From an uncultured Nitrososphaeraceae archaeon (lineage in GTDB: Archaea > Thermoproteota > Nitrososphaeria > Nitrososphaerales > Nitrososphaeraceae): a stretch of DNA of 64,000 nucleotides. Positions 61,540 through 64,000 of this stretch are shown here, piece by piece. A program made the translations under genes and the position numbers. Position 1 is the stretch's first letter. The number at the start of each line of letters is the position of its first letter. The stretch is from contig CAVZZA010000005.1 of NCBI GenBank assembly GCA_963779615.1, forward strand, positions 128,001 through 192,000, written 5' to 3'. The notes below the pieces were generated by a model that worked only from the letters and a program-made list of their open reading frames with translations, was not told the origin of the DNA and made no database searches.

Positions 61540-61863
61540 CTTCAATAGTTGTATTGCAAAAACATCAAAAACATTTTTTTAATTGTCAAATACAACTTCA
61601 ACAGATAAAGAAGTCAAAGTTATACTATAGATGCCAGTATAAAAAAGAAGGCCTAGTGATGAACGTCTATGAGGGATCTAATTTTTAGCAAGATGCTATC
61701 CAAATGCCTTTGGAAATAAGGAATCATGCAACAAAGCAGTGTGAAAAGGAAACCTTTGTCGCTCCATCATTCAGCATCTTTTGGATTCTGTAGTAGATTC
61801 ATCAGAATCTCTGATTGCGATATCATTATAATTCTTATATATTATGTTACGATTTCTTGTGAA

Positions 61864-62946
61864 ATGGGTGAACAAGTAAAACAAGGTGTTGATCAAAACA
61901 AAATCCAAGAATTTATGAATAGAGCAATAGGGGACATAGCAAGCAGCTCTAGCACTATGCTTACAATTCTCGGTGAAAGACTTGGCTTGTATAAATCAAT
62001 GGCCCAGGCAAACGGACTAATTTCATCTGAAGAACTAGCAAATAAAACTGGAACGGTGGAAAGGCTGGTGAGGGAATGGTTAGCAAATCAGGCAGCAGGC
62101 GGATACATAGAGTATGATCCTAGCAGCAAAAAATATAGATTGCCCCCAGAACATGCTTTAGCATTAGCTGATGAGAATAGCCCCGTATACATACAAGGCA
62201 TTTTTAAGGCCATAAAATCGTATTTTAAGGATGAGGAGGAGTTCTTGAAAATGTTTAGAGGCGAACGAACTTTTTCATGGAAGGATCATAATCCCTTTAT
62301 GGCAGAGGGATTTGCTGAATTCTTCAAAGCTGGTTATGTTGGCAACTTGGTTAATTCATGGATTCCAGCAGTAGATAACGGAAAAATTCTTGAAAAATTG
62401 CAAAAAGGCGCCAAGGTGGCCGACATCGGTTGTGGCTTTGGCATCACTACCCTGATGATGGCAAAATCATATGCAAATTCCATATTTTACGGGTTTGATT
62501 ATCACAAAGAATCAATTCAAAGGGCAAACGAGCTTGCAAAAAGAGAGGGCCTAAATAATGTAAAATTTGAGGTAGCATCAGCGTCAGAATTTCCCGGCAA
62601 TGATTATGATTTTGTAACATTTTTTGACTGTCTGCATGATATGGGCGACCCCCAGGGAGCATTAAGTCACACAAAAAATGCCATCAAGAAAGATGATGGT
62701 ACTTGTATGATTGTAGAGCCTTTCGCACAAAATGAATTAGAAAATAACTTAAATCCAGTAGGTAGAACGTTTTATGCTGCCTCAACACTAATATGCGTTC
62801 CAAACTCCCTAGCTTTTAACGGACCTGCACTAGGAGCACAAGCGGGAGGAGAAAGAATAAAAGATCTGGTGAATAAAGCCGATTTTTCACACTTCAGAAA
62901 AATCCTGGAGACACCAATAAATATAATCTATGAGGCCAAACCATGA
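61864..62946 (+). CDS. Class I SAM-dependent methyltransferase with N-terminal winged helix (Rv2258c-like)
   Basis: LGERLGLYK, ERLVREWLANQAAGGY, VADIGCGFG, FFDCLHDMGDP, LGAQAG. Confidence 0.92.
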   Translation: MGEQVKQGVDQNKIQEFMNRAIGDIASSSSTMLTILGERLGLYKSMAQANGLISSEELANKTGTVERLVREWLANQAAGGYIEYDPSSKKYRLPPEHALALADENSPVYIQGIFKAIKSYFKDEEEFLKMFRGERTFSWKDHNPFMAEGFAEFFKAGYVGNLVNSWIPAVDNGKILEKLQKGAKVADIGCGFGITTLMMAKSYANSIFYGFDYHKESIQRANELAKREGLNNVKFEVASASEFPGNDYDFVTFFDCLHDMGDPQGALSHTKNAIKKDDGTCMIVEPFAQNELENNLNPVGRTFYAASTLICVPNSLAFNGPALGAQAGGERIKDLVNKADFSHFRKILETPINIIYEAKP

Positions 62947-63323
62947 CTAGAAAATAGAAAGAGAGCATGGACAATAGAAGAGTAATAAACGTAAAAACAG
63001 AATGGTAAATAATTCATATGCTTTTAATCTTTCTTTGTGATTTTTTTTCCGTTTTATTTAGGTGGAATATAATTTATTGAAACTTGAAACCTCCAAATGT
63101 GATGGGCTGCAGCTTTTTTATGTCTTTCAAATTTCATGTTTGTTCTCATAACCGTGTATTCAAGGTTAAATTCAAATTCGATCGCTCGCAACGGTAATAA
63201 CATTTGCACCCCAAGCATCTTCTGTGGTAATTCGTTGTTGTGATCGGTAAAAACTAGAATTTCTCTATGTTAGTAAATGCTTGCCAATGTTGTTTCATAG
63301 TTGTTATGTCAAACACCAAAAAA

Positions 63324-63656
63324 TCACTCTATGGTAATCACAATATCCTCACTATTTGCCATTGCCATCTTTTTCTCTTTATCAATCACATACAACAGGT
63401 CAAGTCCTCCGTCTTCTGTTATGTATAATTGTCTTTGTCCATCATATGACACAAGTTCATAGTTAATCAGGTAAAACAAATACCTTTTGAGGTACCTATT
63501 TGGCAAAGGCAATATTATTTGTATTTTCATGGAAAGTTCGCAAATGGAAATCCCTTCAATACAAGATATCAAAACATGCTCTACAATCATCGCCTTCAAT
63601 CTTGGTGATTTTATGTTATCATATCTTGTAAAACTCAATTTTCCTATTCCAATCAA
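63324..63656 (-). CDS. Winged-helix protein
   Basis: LKRYLFYLINYELVSYD....LYITEDGG wHTH-like pattern. Confidence 0.65.
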   Translation of the reverse strand: MIGIGKLSFTRYDNIKSPRLKAMIVEHVLISCIEGISICELSMKIQIILPLPNRYLKRYLFYLINYELVSYDGQRQLYITEDGGLDLLYVIDKEKKMAMANSEDIVITIE

Positions 63657-63889
63657 ACTGCATCATCACAAATCAGAAATCTGTACACTCTATCTACACA
63701 AATGGGGCATTTTTTGTGGCGAATTAAGCAAAGGTCTGATAAAGCGGGTATTGTTGATGCCATCCACAGACAATTTCCGCACAACAAAAAGTACTTTGCT
63801 TGCCTTAAATTAACTAGGTAGCTAACTACATTATTTTTGGGTTTATGATAGTGTTGTTCCACATAACTTTCATAGTTAAAAGAAGGCAA
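63653..63889 (-). CDS. Small zinc-ribbon protein
   Basis: YFLLCGNCLWMAS...CPIC; overlaps the next gene by 4 bp, operon-like. Confidence 0.6.
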   Translation of the reverse strand: MPSFNYESYVEQHYHKPKNNVVSYLVNLRQAKYFLLCGNCLWMASTIPALSDLCLIRHKKCPICVDRVYRFLICDDAV

Positions 63890-64000
63890 TGTTTCTTATA
63901 TTGACTAAATGTATTTATTAATGGTGAATTTTTTGCAATGAAAAATGTAAAATTATTGAAAAGCATGTTATGCAATTATTTAAGTGCAAGATTATATTTA

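Overview
AT-rich archaeal chromosome segment from an ammonia-oxidising archaeon (Nitrososphaeraceae, most like Candidatus Nitrosocosmicus; inferred from the 16S/23S rRNA, TBP/TFB, L31e/L39e, Nop5/fibrillarin and a divergent FtsZ-like gene). Positions 1-48.6 kb are mostly core genome: DnaJ-domain protein, DPSL ferritin, UbiD, HtrA, phosphatases, a minus-strand 16S-23S rRNA operon with a ~1 kb spacer and no tRNA or 5S, hemL, archaeal MtaB, pyrE, rnhB, trm1, a JAMM protease, a peptide ABC transporter, TFB, aIF1, an XPB-like helicase and 3-hydroxyacyl-CoA dehydrogenase. This part also holds a decayed IS5-family element, a tandem pair of small secreted Met-rich peptide genes and a repeat-rich secreted protein. 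About 50-61.5 kb looks like a decayed integrated/defence island: HEPN-like gene, PriX-like primase remnant, IS5 remnant, broken fused HsdM-HsdS gene, secreted and membrane proteins, a perfect 24-bp inverted repeat and tRNA 3'-end (att-like) remnants. Several otherwise intact genes (ubiD, tbp, ABC binding protein, CHRD) carry one extra base, most likely assembly errors. No CRISPR array or complete tRNA gene was seen. Family assignments come from motif recognition by eye, not database searches.
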